This document shows positions 38,987 to 49,033 of a stretch of 54,494 nt of DNA, in pieces. Numbering within the stretch: the first letter of the stretch is position 1; every line of letters begins with the position of its first letter. The DNA lies in sequence record SRR20825006_2186, one strand, 5' to 3'. The translations under genes and the position numbers were made by a program. Below the pieces are notes generated by a model, which ran no database searches, was not told the DNA's origin, and worked only from the letters and a program-made list of their open reading frames with translations.

Positions 38987-40201
38987 TTAGTTGTTCATGA
39001 TACCACAGAAATCAAGTACCTGTTTCCCTCTTTCAATCGTTAATTCCTTAAATTGTTTGTGTGCAACCAAAAAAGCAATAATGTCTGCCTTATCTACCGC
39101 TTTTTGATAGTCTGTCAGCTTAAATACTTTATGCGACGTTATATTTGGCTCCACAATGTAATATTCCTCGTCTTGTGCATTCTGTAATACCTTTTGTACA
39201 ATATATTTTGCAGGTGATTCTCTTAAGTCATCAATATTAGGCTTAAAGGCAAGCCCCATCAAAGCTATCTTGGGTTTGCGACCATGTTTTAATTGGAACT
39301 CCAATTTTGTGTTCTTAATCTTTTCTGCGCACCAAAACGACTTATAATTGTTTATCTCCCTGGCGGTACCAATAATTTTTGACTCCATAGGATAGTCAGC
39401 AACAATAAAATATGGATCTACTGCTATGCAGTGCCCACCAACACCACATCCGGGGTTTAAAATATTAACCCGTGGGTGCTTATTCGCCAACGAAATCAGT
39501 TCCCAAACATTTATTCCAGCTTTATCGCATATCAATGATAGTTCATTGGCAAAAGCGATTTGAACATCCCTTGATGAATTTTCCACCAACTTGCACATTT
39601 CAGCAGTTCTTGCATTGGTTTTATGTAGTGTTCCTTTTATGAACTGCGCATAAAATTCAGCAGCTTTATCTGTTGAAACATCATCAATCCCTCCAATTAC
39701 CCTATCATTGTTTACCAACTCAAACATTACATTTCCGGGCAATACTCTTTCTGGGCAATAGGCTACATAAAGTTTTCCTTTAAGTTCGGGCCTATGTTCG
39801 TATATTAATTCCAACATTCGCTCAGTGGTCCCAATGGGAGAGGTTGACTCAATAATATATAAATCCTCCTCCTTTAATAATGGTATTATTGCCAAGGTTG
39901 CAGCTTTAACAAAAGAGATGTCGGGCTGATTCTTATCCTTAAATGGTGTTGGAACAACAATGATATAAGTGTTTGCCTTTACAGGTGTAATAGCTGCTTT
40001 CAAATACCCATGGGTCACCGCTTTTAATACTGCTTCATCCAGTTCAGGCTCTACAATGTGTATTTTCCCGGCATTAATCGTTTCTACCACCTCCGGATTA
40101 ATGTCTACTCCGTGGACATATCTTTTATTCTGGGCAATCAATGCAGCTGTTGGCAAGCCTATGTAGCCCATCCCAATCATTACAACTTCTGGTTGATTCA
40201 T
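38987..40201 (-). CDS. wecC: UDP-N-acetyl-D-mannosamine dehydrogenase
   Basis: GMGYIGLPTA, YCPERVLPG, AEMCKLVENSSRDVQIAFANEL, GVGGHCIAVDP, FKPNIDDLRESP. Confidence 0.94.
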   Translation of the reverse strand: MNQPEVVMIGMGYIGLPTAALIAQNKRYVHGVDINPEVVETINAGKIHIVEPELDEAVLKAVTHGYLKAAITPVKANTYIIVVPTPFKDKNQPDISFVKAATLAIIPLLKEEDLYIIESTSPIGTTERMLELIYEHRPELKGKLYVAYCPERVLPGNVMFELVNNDRVIGGIDDVSTDKAAEFYAQFIKGTLHKTNARTAEMCKLVENSSRDVQIAFANELSLICDKAGINVWELISLANKHPRVNILNPGCGVGGHCIAVDPYFIVADYPMESKIIGTAREINNYKSFWCAEKIKNTKLEFQLKHGRKPKIALMGLAFKPNIDDLRESPAKYIVQKVLQNAQDEEYYIVEPNITSHKVFKLTDYQKAVDKADIIAFLVAHKQFKELTIERGKQVLDFCGIMNN

Positions 40202-40206
40202 TTTTT

Positions 40207-41799
40207 TTACTTTTCTTGGGTTTTATTTGTGCCTTTAAACATAAATGGTCCTAAATCTATCTGCTCCTTGTTCCTTTTTTGTCCATCAAAATCTATTTGA
40301 GGGGCATTTTTTAGGGTCCCAATACCGATACAAGGAGATGTTTCCGTTAAGTGATAATCCCCATTTTTCAAATCAACAAAATTTGGGTCGAATGGAGTTA
40401 TACTTACTCCTTGAGGTGCCTCAAAACCATTGTTCCAAAAATTGGTGAATTCAAAGTCAAAATTCACTTCAAGGGGGTTTACCGAAAAAAAGGTGCTTCT
40501 AGAATAGTTTTCTACGTTGGTGACAATACAGTTGACCATCTTGTTGTCTACATTTTCCCTGTCGGCATTTATCAAAAATTCACCCCCGTCAAAAACACAG
40601 TTCATAAAAGTGTTGTTGTCAACAATCGACATTGTTGCAGGATTGTAATGGAAAAATTTTATGGCATTCTCTTTGGAGTTTCGGAAAACACAATTCTCAA
40701 AAACGTTAAATCTGCCGGCATATTGGGCGCCTTCATCTTCTGTTGTGTCAAAAAATAAAATTGAGGAGGCTGCGCCATCAGATGTGCAATTTCTGATTGT
40801 ATTATAGCTGGCGCCATCTCTAATCGAATACCCACAATTAATTGCCTTGCAATTTTCAATAAGGTTGTTTTTAACCCCCCTGTGCCTCAATTCATACCCG
40901 TTTATTTTCATGTTCACGGCAACACAGTTTCTTATGATGTTGTTTTCACAATCTCGTTTAAGATCAATTCCATGTCCATTATATTTTAGATTGCCTACTC
41001 GTTCCACATAGCTGTTCTCAATAATGTTGTAGTTACCACCTACATGGATATAATAATCCATTGCACTATTGTATCCTGTTGAATTATCATTGCTATATAT
41101 GCGACAATTATTGACACGATTATGATTTCCATAAATTGACAGACCTTCTGCGCATGCATTGTATACAATGCTATTTTCTATTGTATTGTAGCTGCCAATG
41201 CTTTTTTTGTTGTTGGCCCCAAAGGCAATTTCCTTTCCATTGTATTCTTCATTTACATCCCCAAAAAACATGGCAACAATCTTATTGATATTAACATAAT
41301 GAGCATTTAAAGCGTAGAGCCCAATCTTGTAGTTGGTGATTTGGATGTTTCTTATGTTGATATATTTTCTGTTGTGCAAAGATATCCCTATACCTGAAGT
41401 CCTGTTGTTGCCATCCAATAGTGGCATCTTGTCCGGATTCAGACCATCTCCATATTCCCAATTTAGTTTTGGGGCATCCCCAGGTATGGATGAATATCCT
41501 TCAAAAGTTATCTGCTTATTAGCTCTACCATTTCTTTCAAAAACAACGTTCTCATTACTGTAGTCACCTGCCTTTATAAAAACTGTATCGCCTGGTTTAA
41601 CTGGACTTTTTGAAGATGCCGCATATGGAATGGTGCGCCAAGGTTTGGATTGGGACAAACCACTGTTGTCATCGTCTCCTGACAAGGAAACATAATATGT
41701 TTTTTGGGCAGACAATATCATAAAATTGCCAATTGCCATTAGGGCAATAGGTAGCAGTTTTAGAATTCCAATTCTATTTTTCGTCAATTCAACGATCAT
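40207..41799 (-). CDS. Secreted right-handed beta-helix protein (pectin lyase-like fold)
   Basis: Signal ending LSA-Q; YYVS..GDDDNSGLS..PWRTI, PGDTVFIKAGDY, Asn-rich N.I.N repeats, C-terminal DP.FVD...DYHL...SPCIG...DLGPF. Confidence 0.85.
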   Translation of the reverse strand: MIVELTKNRIGILKLLPIALMAIGNFMILSAQKTYYVSLSGDDDNSGLSQSKPWRTIPYAASSKSPVKPGDTVFIKAGDYSNENVVFERNGRANKQITFEGYSSIPGDAPKLNWEYGDGLNPDKMPLLDGNNRTSGIGISLHNRKYINIRNIQITNYKIGLYALNAHYVNINKIVAMFFGDVNEEYNGKEIAFGANNKKSIGSYNTIENSIVYNACAEGLSIYGNHNRVNNCRIYSNDNSTGYNSAMDYYIHVGGNYNIIENSYVERVGNLKYNGHGIDLKRDCENNIIRNCVAVNMKINGYELRHRGVKNNLIENCKAINCGYSIRDGASYNTIRNCTSDGAASSILFFDTTEDEGAQYAGRFNVFENCVFRNSKENAIKFFHYNPATMSIVDNNTFMNCVFDGGEFLINADRENVDNKMVNCIVTNVENYSRSTFFSVNPLEVNFDFEFTNFWNNGFEAPQGVSITPFDPNFVDLKNGDYHLTETSPCIGIGTLKNAPQIDFDGQKRNKEQIDLGPFMFKGTNKTQEK

Positions 41800-42929
41800 A
41801 AGCTATGATTATTGATAAATTGAACAATCCGTTCCGATGCTTTTCCATCACCATAAGGATTATGCAATTTTGTCATCTTTTCATAAGCATCTTCGTCTTC
41901 TAACAATTTTGATGCTTTCGAAACGATTAGATTTTTATCTGTGCCCACCAAAATAACTGTTCCAGCATCAACGGCTTCCGGTCTTTCTGTTGTATCCCTC
42001 ATTACCAAAACTGGTTTCCCCAAACTAGGCGCTTCTTCCTGTACACCTCCACTGTCGGTTATTATCAAATACGATTGGTTCATGAGCCATACAAATGAAG
42101 GGTAAGATAAAGGGGCAATCAATTCTATATTCGGCAAATCACCAAGTATTTTGTATACAGGTTCTTGAACTTTAGGATTTAAGTGTACTGGATAAACTAT
42201 TTGAACATCACTATATTTTTGGGAAACTTCTTTTAACGCTTCGCAAATGTTCAAAAACCCTTCTCCATGGTTTTCTCGACGGTGCCCCGTCACCAAAATT
42301 AATTTTTTATTCGCGTTCAAAATCTGTGACAACCTGTTGATTTCCTCATCCTCATATGTACTAGAACTCACTTTAGCAACGCTTATCTTCAACGCATCAA
42401 TTACTGTATTACCTGTTACTACAACCGAATCTGAAGGCTTGTTTTCCTTTAAAAGATTTTCTTTAGATGTTTCCGTTGGCGCAAAATGAATGTCACTGAC
42501 TACTCCCGTGACACATCGGTTCATTTCTTCTGGGAAAGGAGATTTTTTGTTAAAGGTTCTCAACCCCGCTTCAACATGGCAAACTCTTGACCCAGAATAA
42601 AAGGCTGCAATACTTGTAGCCATTGTTGTTGTGGTGTCACCATGTACGTAAACATAGTCCGGTTCAAACTCTTCGAGAACTTCTTTTAAATTCAAGATGA
42701 TGTCTGCCGTTAAACCATAGAGGTTTTGATTGGGTTTCATAAGGTTAAGATCGTAGTCCGGTTTTATCTCAAAAAAAGACAGAACCTGATCCAACATTTC
42801 CCTATGTTGCGCAGTAATACAAACTTTGGTCTCGAATTCATCCGTATAATTCTCAAATTGCTTTACTAAAGGAGCCATTTTGATGGCCTCTGGACGAGTC
42901 CCAAAAACAATAAGGTTTTTTTTCTTCAA
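41796..42929 (-). CDS. wecB: UDP-N-acetylglucosamine 2-epimerase (non-hydrolysing)
   Basis: FGTRPEAIKMAP, VHGDTTT, HVEAGLR, TGHRREN, TDSGGVQEEAP, NPYGDG; TTG start. Confidence 0.97.
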   Translation of the reverse strand: MKKKNLIVFGTRPEAIKMAPLVKQFENYTDEFETKVCITAQHREMLDQVLSFFEIKPDYDLNLMKPNQNLYGLTADIILNLKEVLEEFEPDYVYVHGDTTTTMATSIAAFYSGSRVCHVEAGLRTFNKKSPFPEEMNRCVTGVVSDIHFAPTETSKENLLKENKPSDSVVVTGNTVIDALKISVAKVSSSTYEDEEINRLSQILNANKKLILVTGHRRENHGEGFLNICEALKEVSQKYSDVQIVYPVHLNPKVQEPVYKILGDLPNIELIAPLSYPSFVWLMNQSYLIITDSGGVQEEAPSLGKPVLVMRDTTERPEAVDAGTVILVGTDKNLIVSKASKLLEDEDAYEKMTKLHNPYGDGKASERIVQFINNHSL

Positions 42930-42959
42930 AAATTTATTATTAGCTGACTGTTAAACTAC

Positions 42960-43541
42960 CTACTTCTTTGAATAGTTTTGATAGAACTGTCCGGTTTCCA
43001 AATAATTTTTCAAGGTTGGTGCCTTTTGGTCTTTATCAGAAAGCAACAAATTCTTAGAATTGATTTTCCATTCTATGCCTAAATCTATATCCCGATAAAC
43101 TATACCCCCCTCAGCTTCTTTCTTATGATGGTTGTCACACTTATAAAAGACAGTTGCAGAATCGCTCAAAGTCAAAAATCCGTGTGCAAATCCTCTTGGT
43201 ACAAACAGTTGCCTTTTGTCCTTGCTGTTCAGCTCAATAGATAAATGCTCGCCAAAGGTAGGGGAATCTTTACGCAAATCGACCACTACATCCTGAATTC
43301 TACCCTCCAATACCGAAACCAATTTGGCTTGGGCATGCTCACCCTTTTGATAATGCAATCCGCGCAACACTCCTTTTTTGGAGAAAGATCGGTTGTCTTG
43401 CACAAAGTTTATTTCTTGACCTATAACTTCACAAAACTCTCTGTGATTAAAACTCTCAAAGAAATACCCCCGTTCATCCTCAAAAATCTTGGGTTCGAGA
43501 ACAAAGCACCCCTTTAATCTTGTCTCTGTCGCCTTTATCAT
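42960..43541 (-). CDS. rfbC: dTDP-4-dehydrorhamnose 3,5-epimerase
   Basis: [35 protein letters not shown]. Confidence 0.97.
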   Translation of the reverse strand: MIKATETRLKGCFVLEPKIFEDERGYFFESFNHREFCEVIGQEINFVQDNRSFSKKGVLRGLHYQKGEHAQAKLVSVLEGRIQDVVVDLRKDSPTFGEHLSIELNSKDKRQLFVPRGFAHGFLTLSDSATVFYKCDNHHKKEAEGGIVYRDIDLGIEWKINSKNLLLSDKDQKAPTLKNYLETGQFYQNYSKK

Positions 43542-44407
43542 ATTTTTTTGTTCAAAACGCCCAACAGTCTTTTACCGTAACCGCTTTTCATCAATGGCTC
43601 GGCCAATTTTTTCAACTGATTTTCATCTATATATCCCATTTCAAAGGCCGCAACTTCTATGGATCCCGTTATCAATCCTTGTCGCTCTTCAATCACCTCC
43701 ACAAATTGTGAGGCCTGCATCAACGCCTGAAATGTCCCTGTGTCCAGCCACGCCGTACCTCTATCCATTATACCTACGCTGAGCTTCCCTCTTTTTAAAT
43801 ACGCTTTGTTGACATCGGTAATCTCCAGTTCTCCTCTACTGCTGGGTTGTATGCCTTTGGCAATAGAAATCACTTCATTATCATAAAAATAAATCCCCGG
43901 CACCACATAATTGGATTTGGGTTTTTTGGGCTTCTCTTCTATACTGATGGCTTTTCCCTCATCATTAAACTCTACTACGCCGTATCGTTGCGGATCGTTT
44001 ACTCTGTAGGCGTATATAATCCCCCCTTGGGGGTCACTATTTTCCTGCAGTAATTTGGACAAACCTGCTCCATAAAAAATATTGTCTCCCAAAATGAGAG
44101 CCACCTTATCTGACCCGATAAAATCTTCTCCTATGATAAACGCCTCAGCCAATCCGTTTGGGGACTCTTGGGCTGCATAAGAAAAGGAACAACCATACTT
44201 TTTCCCATCTCCCAAAAGTTCCTTAAACAGCGGAAGGTCTTTTGGGGTGGAAATAATCAATATTTCCTGGATTCCTGCATACATCAAAGTAGAAAGGGGA
44301 TAGTAGATCATCGGCTTGTCGTAAATGGGCATCAGCTGCTTGCTTACCGAAAGGGTAAGTGGGTGCAGTCTGCTTCCTGTTCCTCCTGCCAAAATGATTC
44401 CCTTCAT
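43538..44407 (-). CDS. rfbA: Glucose-1-phosphate thymidylyltransferase
   Basis: [44 protein letters not shown] at 44407 overlaps the rfbB stop. Confidence 0.97.
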   Translation of the reverse strand: MKGIILAGGTGSRLHPLTLSVSKQLMPIYDKPMIYYPLSTLMYAGIQEILIISTPKDLPLFKELLGDGKKYGCSFSYAAQESPNGLAEAFIIGEDFIGSDKVALILGDNIFYGAGLSKLLQENSDPQGGIIYAYRVNDPQRYGVVEFNDEGKAISIEEKPKKPKSNYVVPGIYFYDNEVISIAKGIQPSSRGELEITDVNKAYLKRGKLSVGIMDRGTAWLDTGTFQALMQASQFVEVIEERQGLITGSIEVAAFEMGYIDENQLKKLAEPLMKSGYGKRLLGVLNKKI

Positions 44408-45471
44408 TGTGTTTGATATTGCTTTATATAATATTCCAAATAGTCCCCTGAGGTAACATGGTCCAACCATTCCTGGTTTTCAAAATACCAATCTATGGTC
44501 ATTTCGAGCCCTTCTTCAAAGGTGACCGAGGGTTTCCACCCTAATTCTTTGTTTATTTTGGATGCATCGATTGCATACCTTAAATCATGTCCCGGGCGGT
44601 CTTTTACAAAGGTTATCAGTTTTTCTGAAGTTCCCTCCTTTCTTCCAAGTTTTTTATCCATTAGTTGGCATAGCAAGCGGGTCAATTCTATATTCCGCCA
44701 TTCATTGAAACCGCCAATGTTGAAGGTTTCTCCTTTTTTTCCTTTATGAAATATCAAATCGATGGCCTCGGCATGGTCCTTTACGTATAACCAATCCCGT
44801 GTATAATCTCCATCACCATAAACGGGAAGCGGCCTATTTTTTATGATATTGCTGATGAACAACGGTATTAATTTCTCGGGAAATTGATTAGGGCCGTAAT
44901 TATTGGAACAATTCGAGATTATGTAAGGCAAACCATAGGTTTCACCATATGCTCTTACAAAATGGTCAGAGCTTGCCTTGGATGCCGAGTAAGGTGAGTT
45001 GGGGTCGTATGCCGTACTTTCATTGAAAAAACCTTCATGGCCCAAGCTTCCAAAAACCTCATCGGTGCTGATATGATAAAATAAAAAATCAGCGTTGTCA
45101 TTTGCCAATTTTAATGAAGCGTTCAATAAATTGACGGTGCCCAAAACATTGGTGCGCACAAAAGATACCGGGTCAGATATAGATCGGTCTACATGGGATT
45201 CCGCGGCCAAGTGAATTATCCCATCAAAATTGATTTGGGAGAAAAGGTCATTAACAAAATACGCATCAGTAATATCTCCTTTAACAAATGAATAATTTGG
45301 GGCTTGCTCTATATCTTTCAGGTTTTCCAAGTTTCCCGCGTAGGTCAAAGCATCTAGATTAAAAATTTGATAATCCCTGTATTCAGCTACAAACCGCCGA
45401 ACCACATGAGAGCCGATAAAGCCGGCTCCTCCCGTAATTAAAATGTTTTTTGGACTGTTTTTTTTATCCAT
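44404..45471 (-). CDS. rfbB: dTDP-glucose 4,6-dehydratase
   Basis: [46 protein letters not shown]. Confidence 0.97.
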   Translation of the reverse strand: MDKKNSPKNILITGGAGFIGSHVVRRFVAEYRDYQIFNLDALTYAGNLENLKDIEQAPNYSFVKGDITDAYFVNDLFSQINFDGIIHLAAESHVDRSISDPVSFVRTNVLGTVNLLNASLKLANDNADFLFYHISTDEVFGSLGHEGFFNESTAYDPNSPYSASKASSDHFVRAYGETYGLPYIISNCSNNYGPNQFPEKLIPLFISNIIKNRPLPVYGDGDYTRDWLYVKDHAEAIDLIFHKGKKGETFNIGGFNEWRNIELTRLLCQLMDKKLGRKEGTSEKLITFVKDRPGHDLRYAIDASKINKELGWKPSVTFEEGLEMTIDWYFENQEWLDHVTSGDYLEYYIKQYQTQ

Positions 45472-45510
45472 CTAATCACATTTATACGCCTTTATGGCCT
45501 TGCGTTTGGA

Positions 45511-46287
45511 TTATAAGAGAACACTGTTCTTTGGCCTCTTTGCTAATGTACGATAATTCGAATCCAATACAAGATCCACCTTCTCCGTCAGCCCGTTCTC
45601 TTTCAATATTTGTTTGGCAAAATCGTGCCATGTCATGGGGTTCCCATCCGTAAAATGATACACCCCAAAAGGTTTTTCTCCCAATACGATTTCGTTCAAA
45701 ATAAATTTGACCAATGACTCTGTGTTTGTAGGACACCCTTTTTGGGCATCTGTAACATACAAATCCTCTCCGGCTAGTGCCTTGCTTAAAATTGTACGGT
45801 AGAAATTATGTCCATATTTTTTACTGTACAACCAAGATGTGCGAATTATGTAATGGTTGGGTTGAATTTTTTGAATAAATTTTTCTCCGGCCAACTTGGA
45901 CTTTCCATATACATTGAGGGGATTGGTTTTATCTTCCACCGTGTAGCCTCCGTCCTTTTTACCGTCGAAAACATAATCCGTGGAAATATGGATCAAAGTA
46001 GTCTGCTGTTTTTTGCAAACTTCTGCTAGATTTTTGACCCCTTCCGCGTTGATTTGATACGCTAAATCCGGGGATTTTTCTGCCTGTTCAACATTCGTAT
46101 AGGCGGCACAATTGATACAGAAATCATAGTGTCCTTTTTCAAAAGTGTCCCGTAATTGATCACTACAGGTTATATCTAGCTCATTGGATGTCTTAAAATC
46201 AAAGGAAATAGCATCCAGACCTGATACAACCTCAGCAAAAGTCTTTCCGAGTTGACCATCAGACCCTGTGACAACAACCTTAACCAT
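45511..46287 (-). CDS. rfbD: dTDP-4-dehydrorhamnose reductase (short C-terminus)
   Basis: TGSDGQLG, NCAAYTNVE.AE, HISTDYVFDG, YGKSKLAGE, RTSWLY; ends at RPKNSVLL. Confidence 0.92.
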   Translation of the reverse strand: MVKVVVTGSDGQLGKTFAEVVSGLDAISFDFKTSNELDITCSDQLRDTFEKGHYDFCINCAAYTNVEQAEKSPDLAYQINAEGVKNLAEVCKKQQTTLIHISTDYVFDGKKDGGYTVEDKTNPLNVYGKSKLAGEKFIQKIQPNHYIIRTSWLYSKKYGHNFYRTILSKALAGEDLYVTDAQKGCPTNTESLVKFILNEIVLGEKPFGVYHFTDGNPMTWHDFAKQILKENGLTEKVDLVLDSNYRTLAKRPKNSVLL

Positions 46288-46296
46288 ACAAGTATT

Positions 46297-47292
46297 CTAA
46301 ACTTCAATTTCAGATGCTTTCCTATTGAGGTACTTTAGGAAAGACAGCAAAAAGAATATCGCAATGAACAATAAAGGTAGAACAATTATCTTCTTTCCAA
46401 AGAACGCCTTACCGACCTGATGGGGATTGCCAAAATTGATAATGCTGATAGGGCCGTTAAGTTGTTTTAACTCCATTTTCTTTTCCTCTATGTCCTCTAT
46501 CAGCTCTGTTTTTAAGGTGATAAGCCCTGTAACATTCAATCTTTCCTCATTCTGCAAAACCAGTTTTCCGGTTTCAAGTGGAGAGCCCTGTTTGTTCAAG
46601 TTCTTGGAGTAACTCTGGATAATCGTATCTATCTGAGAAATCAACACCTCGCTTTTTTCAATCCTCTCCCTTGAATTTTCGTTTTGTACCGATAAGAGTT
46701 CCGTGAAATATCCATTGGAATTGATATAGTCCAAAAGCTTACGGGCTATTTCCTCGCCGTTGGAGTTCTTATAGGTAAATGTTATCCTATGGTTGAGTTC
46801 CGTTTTCTTTAGCAACTCCTCTCGGATCACATCAGCGATCAAATCCGTGTTCTGAAATTTTTGGAGCACTTCCAAGTATTCCAGTTGCTTCTCATTGTCT
46901 TCTTTCTCCTCTTTTTTTACGGCAACTATTGAGATTTCAAAACCCTTAAGGTCTTCCCCAGTGATATCGAGCCGATTCAAAAAAGTTGGGTTCTTGTCCT
47001 TGATATTGGACTCTATCTCTGAGATTACATCGTACAAATAATCCTTGCTCTCCAAGTTTGGCCTTACAATGACGTCCAACTGGACTTTCTCTGTTGTTAT
47101 GAATTTTAGACCATATCCTATGGCCACGCCCAAAACAACCAGACCTATGAGTATCAATGCGCTTTTCTTCAAGTATATAAAAAGACGTAAAAAAAATACG
47201 CCTAACTTATTGAACCCATTTCGAAGCATCTGGAACAATTGTCCCAAATCTATCTCGTCCGAATTATTCTGATTTACTGGTTGGTCTGCCAT
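46297..47292 (-). CDS. Wzz-like polysaccharide co-polymerase / chain-length regulator
   Basis: N-terminal DEIDLGQLF, TM helices near both ends, coiled-coil middle; first gene of the locus. Confidence 0.72.
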   Translation of the reverse strand: MADQPVNQNNSDEIDLGQLFQMLRNGFNKLGVFFLRLFIYLKKSALILIGLVVLGVAIGYGLKFITTEKVQLDVIVRPNLESKDYLYDVISEIESNIKDKNPTFLNRLDITGEDLKGFEISIVAVKKEEKEDNEKQLEYLEVLQKFQNTDLIADVIREELLKKTELNHRITFTYKNSNGEEIARKLLDYINSNGYFTELLSVQNENSRERIEKSEVLISQIDTIIQSYSKNLNKQGSPLETGKLVLQNEERLNVTGLITLKTELIEDIEEKKMELKQLNGPISIINFGNPHQVGKAFFGKKIIVLPLLFIAIFFLLSFLKYLNRKASEIEV

Positions 47293-47294
47293 AC

Positions 47295-48983
47295 CTATGA
47301 ATTGAATATTTGTTTTAAAATTCTGTCCGTTATCAAATATGTGGGTTTTACCCCTGTTGTTCCAAGTCCGCCCGAAGCCAAAGTGCTACCGGTCTCTAAA
47401 GGATTGTCCGATGCGTAGTAAGCGTATCTCACCTTCACATCTTTTTTGATGCTCTTTCGTATCTGCGATGCCGATTGTATCGCTTTTTGATAGTGTACCC
47501 CTTCCATTTCCAATCCGATCACGTTCCATGTGGATTCATTAAAAAACCGGAGAATATCCCTGTTCTGAAGCGATGTTCCCAACACGGTCACCATGGTCCC
47601 TTCCATGACCTTCAAACCGTGCCCTTCAAAATCGGAACCGTTAAGTTCGTTATTGAAAGGGTAGTTGTCGGCAGTACCTTCGAAAATATGTGCGGAGGGA
47701 ATCATCAAATCTCCTTTGCCCCCTTCCAAGATGCCCGCCTTCCCCATAATGGAGACCGAATCCACATTCAGAAAAATCTTATCCTCTCCATCTTCCATCG
47801 GTTTCAGCAGTTCGTCTATGGTCTCGTAGGCCTGCTCGCCAAAGGCGTAGTCCATCACAAATATAACGGGTTTTTCTTCTTTTTTGAGATTTGCCGGGAG
47901 CTGGTAGCAACAGCTTTTGCCGCCAAATTTGGCGGTATCAAAAATCTGGACATCAATGTTGGCCCCGGACTCGTCTTTCAAAAATATCATCCCATTGCTC
48001 TGGGCCAGATCCCTGACCTTCTTGTTGAGCGATTTGTTCTTGTCGGAACCCAAAGCCTCATAGATATCCAAAGATTCATTGTCCGGGAATTCCTCCGCCA
48101 ATGCCCTTTTGGCAAAGAGCGAGTTCATAACACTGTGCATATTGGCACTGATGATATGAAGTGGTCTGTCCATCAAGTTGTGTTCCTTAAGGGTCGCCTT
48201 GATCTTATCGGCCCACTTTTCCCCATGGATATGATGGCCCAACCGCTCTCTTAGCAGCGGACTGAACGTGATTGTTCTCTTGTTGCCCGTGGTCTCCTCT
48301 TCAATGGCCAGTTTGCCCAGCCAATAGATTACGTTTAAAAAGCGGTCCGGGTCCTTCGGGGTCTTTAACTTGTTTTCAAGGTCCACCACCTCATCAAAGG
48401 TCCTGCCCAAGATATTGGCACAATGTATCAATGCCACTTCTCTTTCTTCATTGTCCTTTTCTTCGGACAGTACAAACTCGGTAAGCTTGTCCCAGTCCCT
48501 TATGGTGGATGTCCCATCGCCCACCAAGACCCTTTTGGAGATTTTGCCGGACTCCACGAACAAAAAGGTCAGGTGGGTCAAAATATCGTAAATGTCGCTA
48601 CGCCCTCGTGTGATCTCGATGTTCATCTGCTCATCATCGATGCGGTAGCAATTTCTTCTTCGCTTTGGAGGTACAATGGGCCTTAAATGTGATTTGCCGA
48701 AACCTTCGTCGGAAGTGAGGTTAATGAATCGGCATTCTTCTATCCCTTCGGGCAAGCGTTCCAACACATAGACCAACCCGTTCAGTTCGGCCTTGTCCTC
48801 AGCAATGGTCCCATAAATTTCCGGACGGAGCAATAAAAGTGCGGTTCTAAGAGCATTACCAGAAACCCCCGAAGGCTTGTAAAATCCCCTGTTCAGCAAA
48901 TGGCGCATGGTAATGTACAAGCGTTCGATCGCATTGGTGGACTCCTGCGCCCTAGTGGTCTGTTTTACTTCTGTTGCCATCAT
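47295..48983 (-). CDS. DUF6909-type conserved protein with nucleoside phosphorylase-like C-terminal motifs
   Basis: About 562 aa; IISANMHS, IMGKAG, GDLMIP, GLEMEG, YYASDNPL; start ATG at 48983 or 48980. Confidence 0.8.
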   Translation of the reverse strand: MMATEVKQTTRAQESTNAIERLYITMRHLLNRGFYKPSGVSGNALRTALLLLRPEIYGTIAEDKAELNGLVYVLERLPEGIEECRFINLTSDEGFGKSHLRPIVPPKRRRNCYRIDDEQMNIEITRGRSDIYDILTHLTFLFVESGKISKRVLVGDGTSTIRDWDKLTEFVLSEEKDNEEREVALIHCANILGRTFDEVVDLENKLKTPKDPDRFLNVIYWLGKLAIEEETTGNKRTITFSPLLRERLGHHIHGEKWADKIKATLKEHNLMDRPLHIISANMHSVMNSLFAKRALAEEFPDNESLDIYEALGSDKNKSLNKKVRDLAQSNGMIFLKDESGANIDVQIFDTAKFGGKSCCYQLPANLKKEEKPVIFVMDYAFGEQAYETIDELLKPMEDGEDKIFLNVDSVSIMGKAGILEGGKGDLMIPSAHIFEGTADNYPFNNELNGSDFEGHGLKVMEGTMVTVLGTSLQNRDILRFFNESTWNVIGLEMEGVHYQKAIQSASQIRKSIKKDVKVRYAYYASDNPLETGSTLASGGLGTTGVKPTYLITDRILKQIFNS

Positions 48984-48992
48984 ATCTTCTGG

Positions 48993-49000
48993 CAAAAATA
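48993..49000 (-). promoter_or_regulatory. Bacteroidota -7 promoter box (TATTTTTG)
   Basis: Matches TAnnTTTG, 10 nt upstream of the ATG at 48983; may also drive the downstream polysaccharide locus. Confidence 0.5.
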
Positions 49001-49033
49001 AATGAATTCCTATGAAAGTTAAGCTGTTCTAAG

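Noticed and set aside
45482-45736. Frameshifted continuation of rfbD
   Set aside because: The 84-aa alternative frame has no similarity to an RmlD C-terminus and no slippery site is evident.
47475-48254. 259-aa + strand ORF (likewise 14930-15580, 175-594, 1237-1662, 49421-49888)
   Set aside because: Antisense shadows of well-supported genes with no recognisable motifs.
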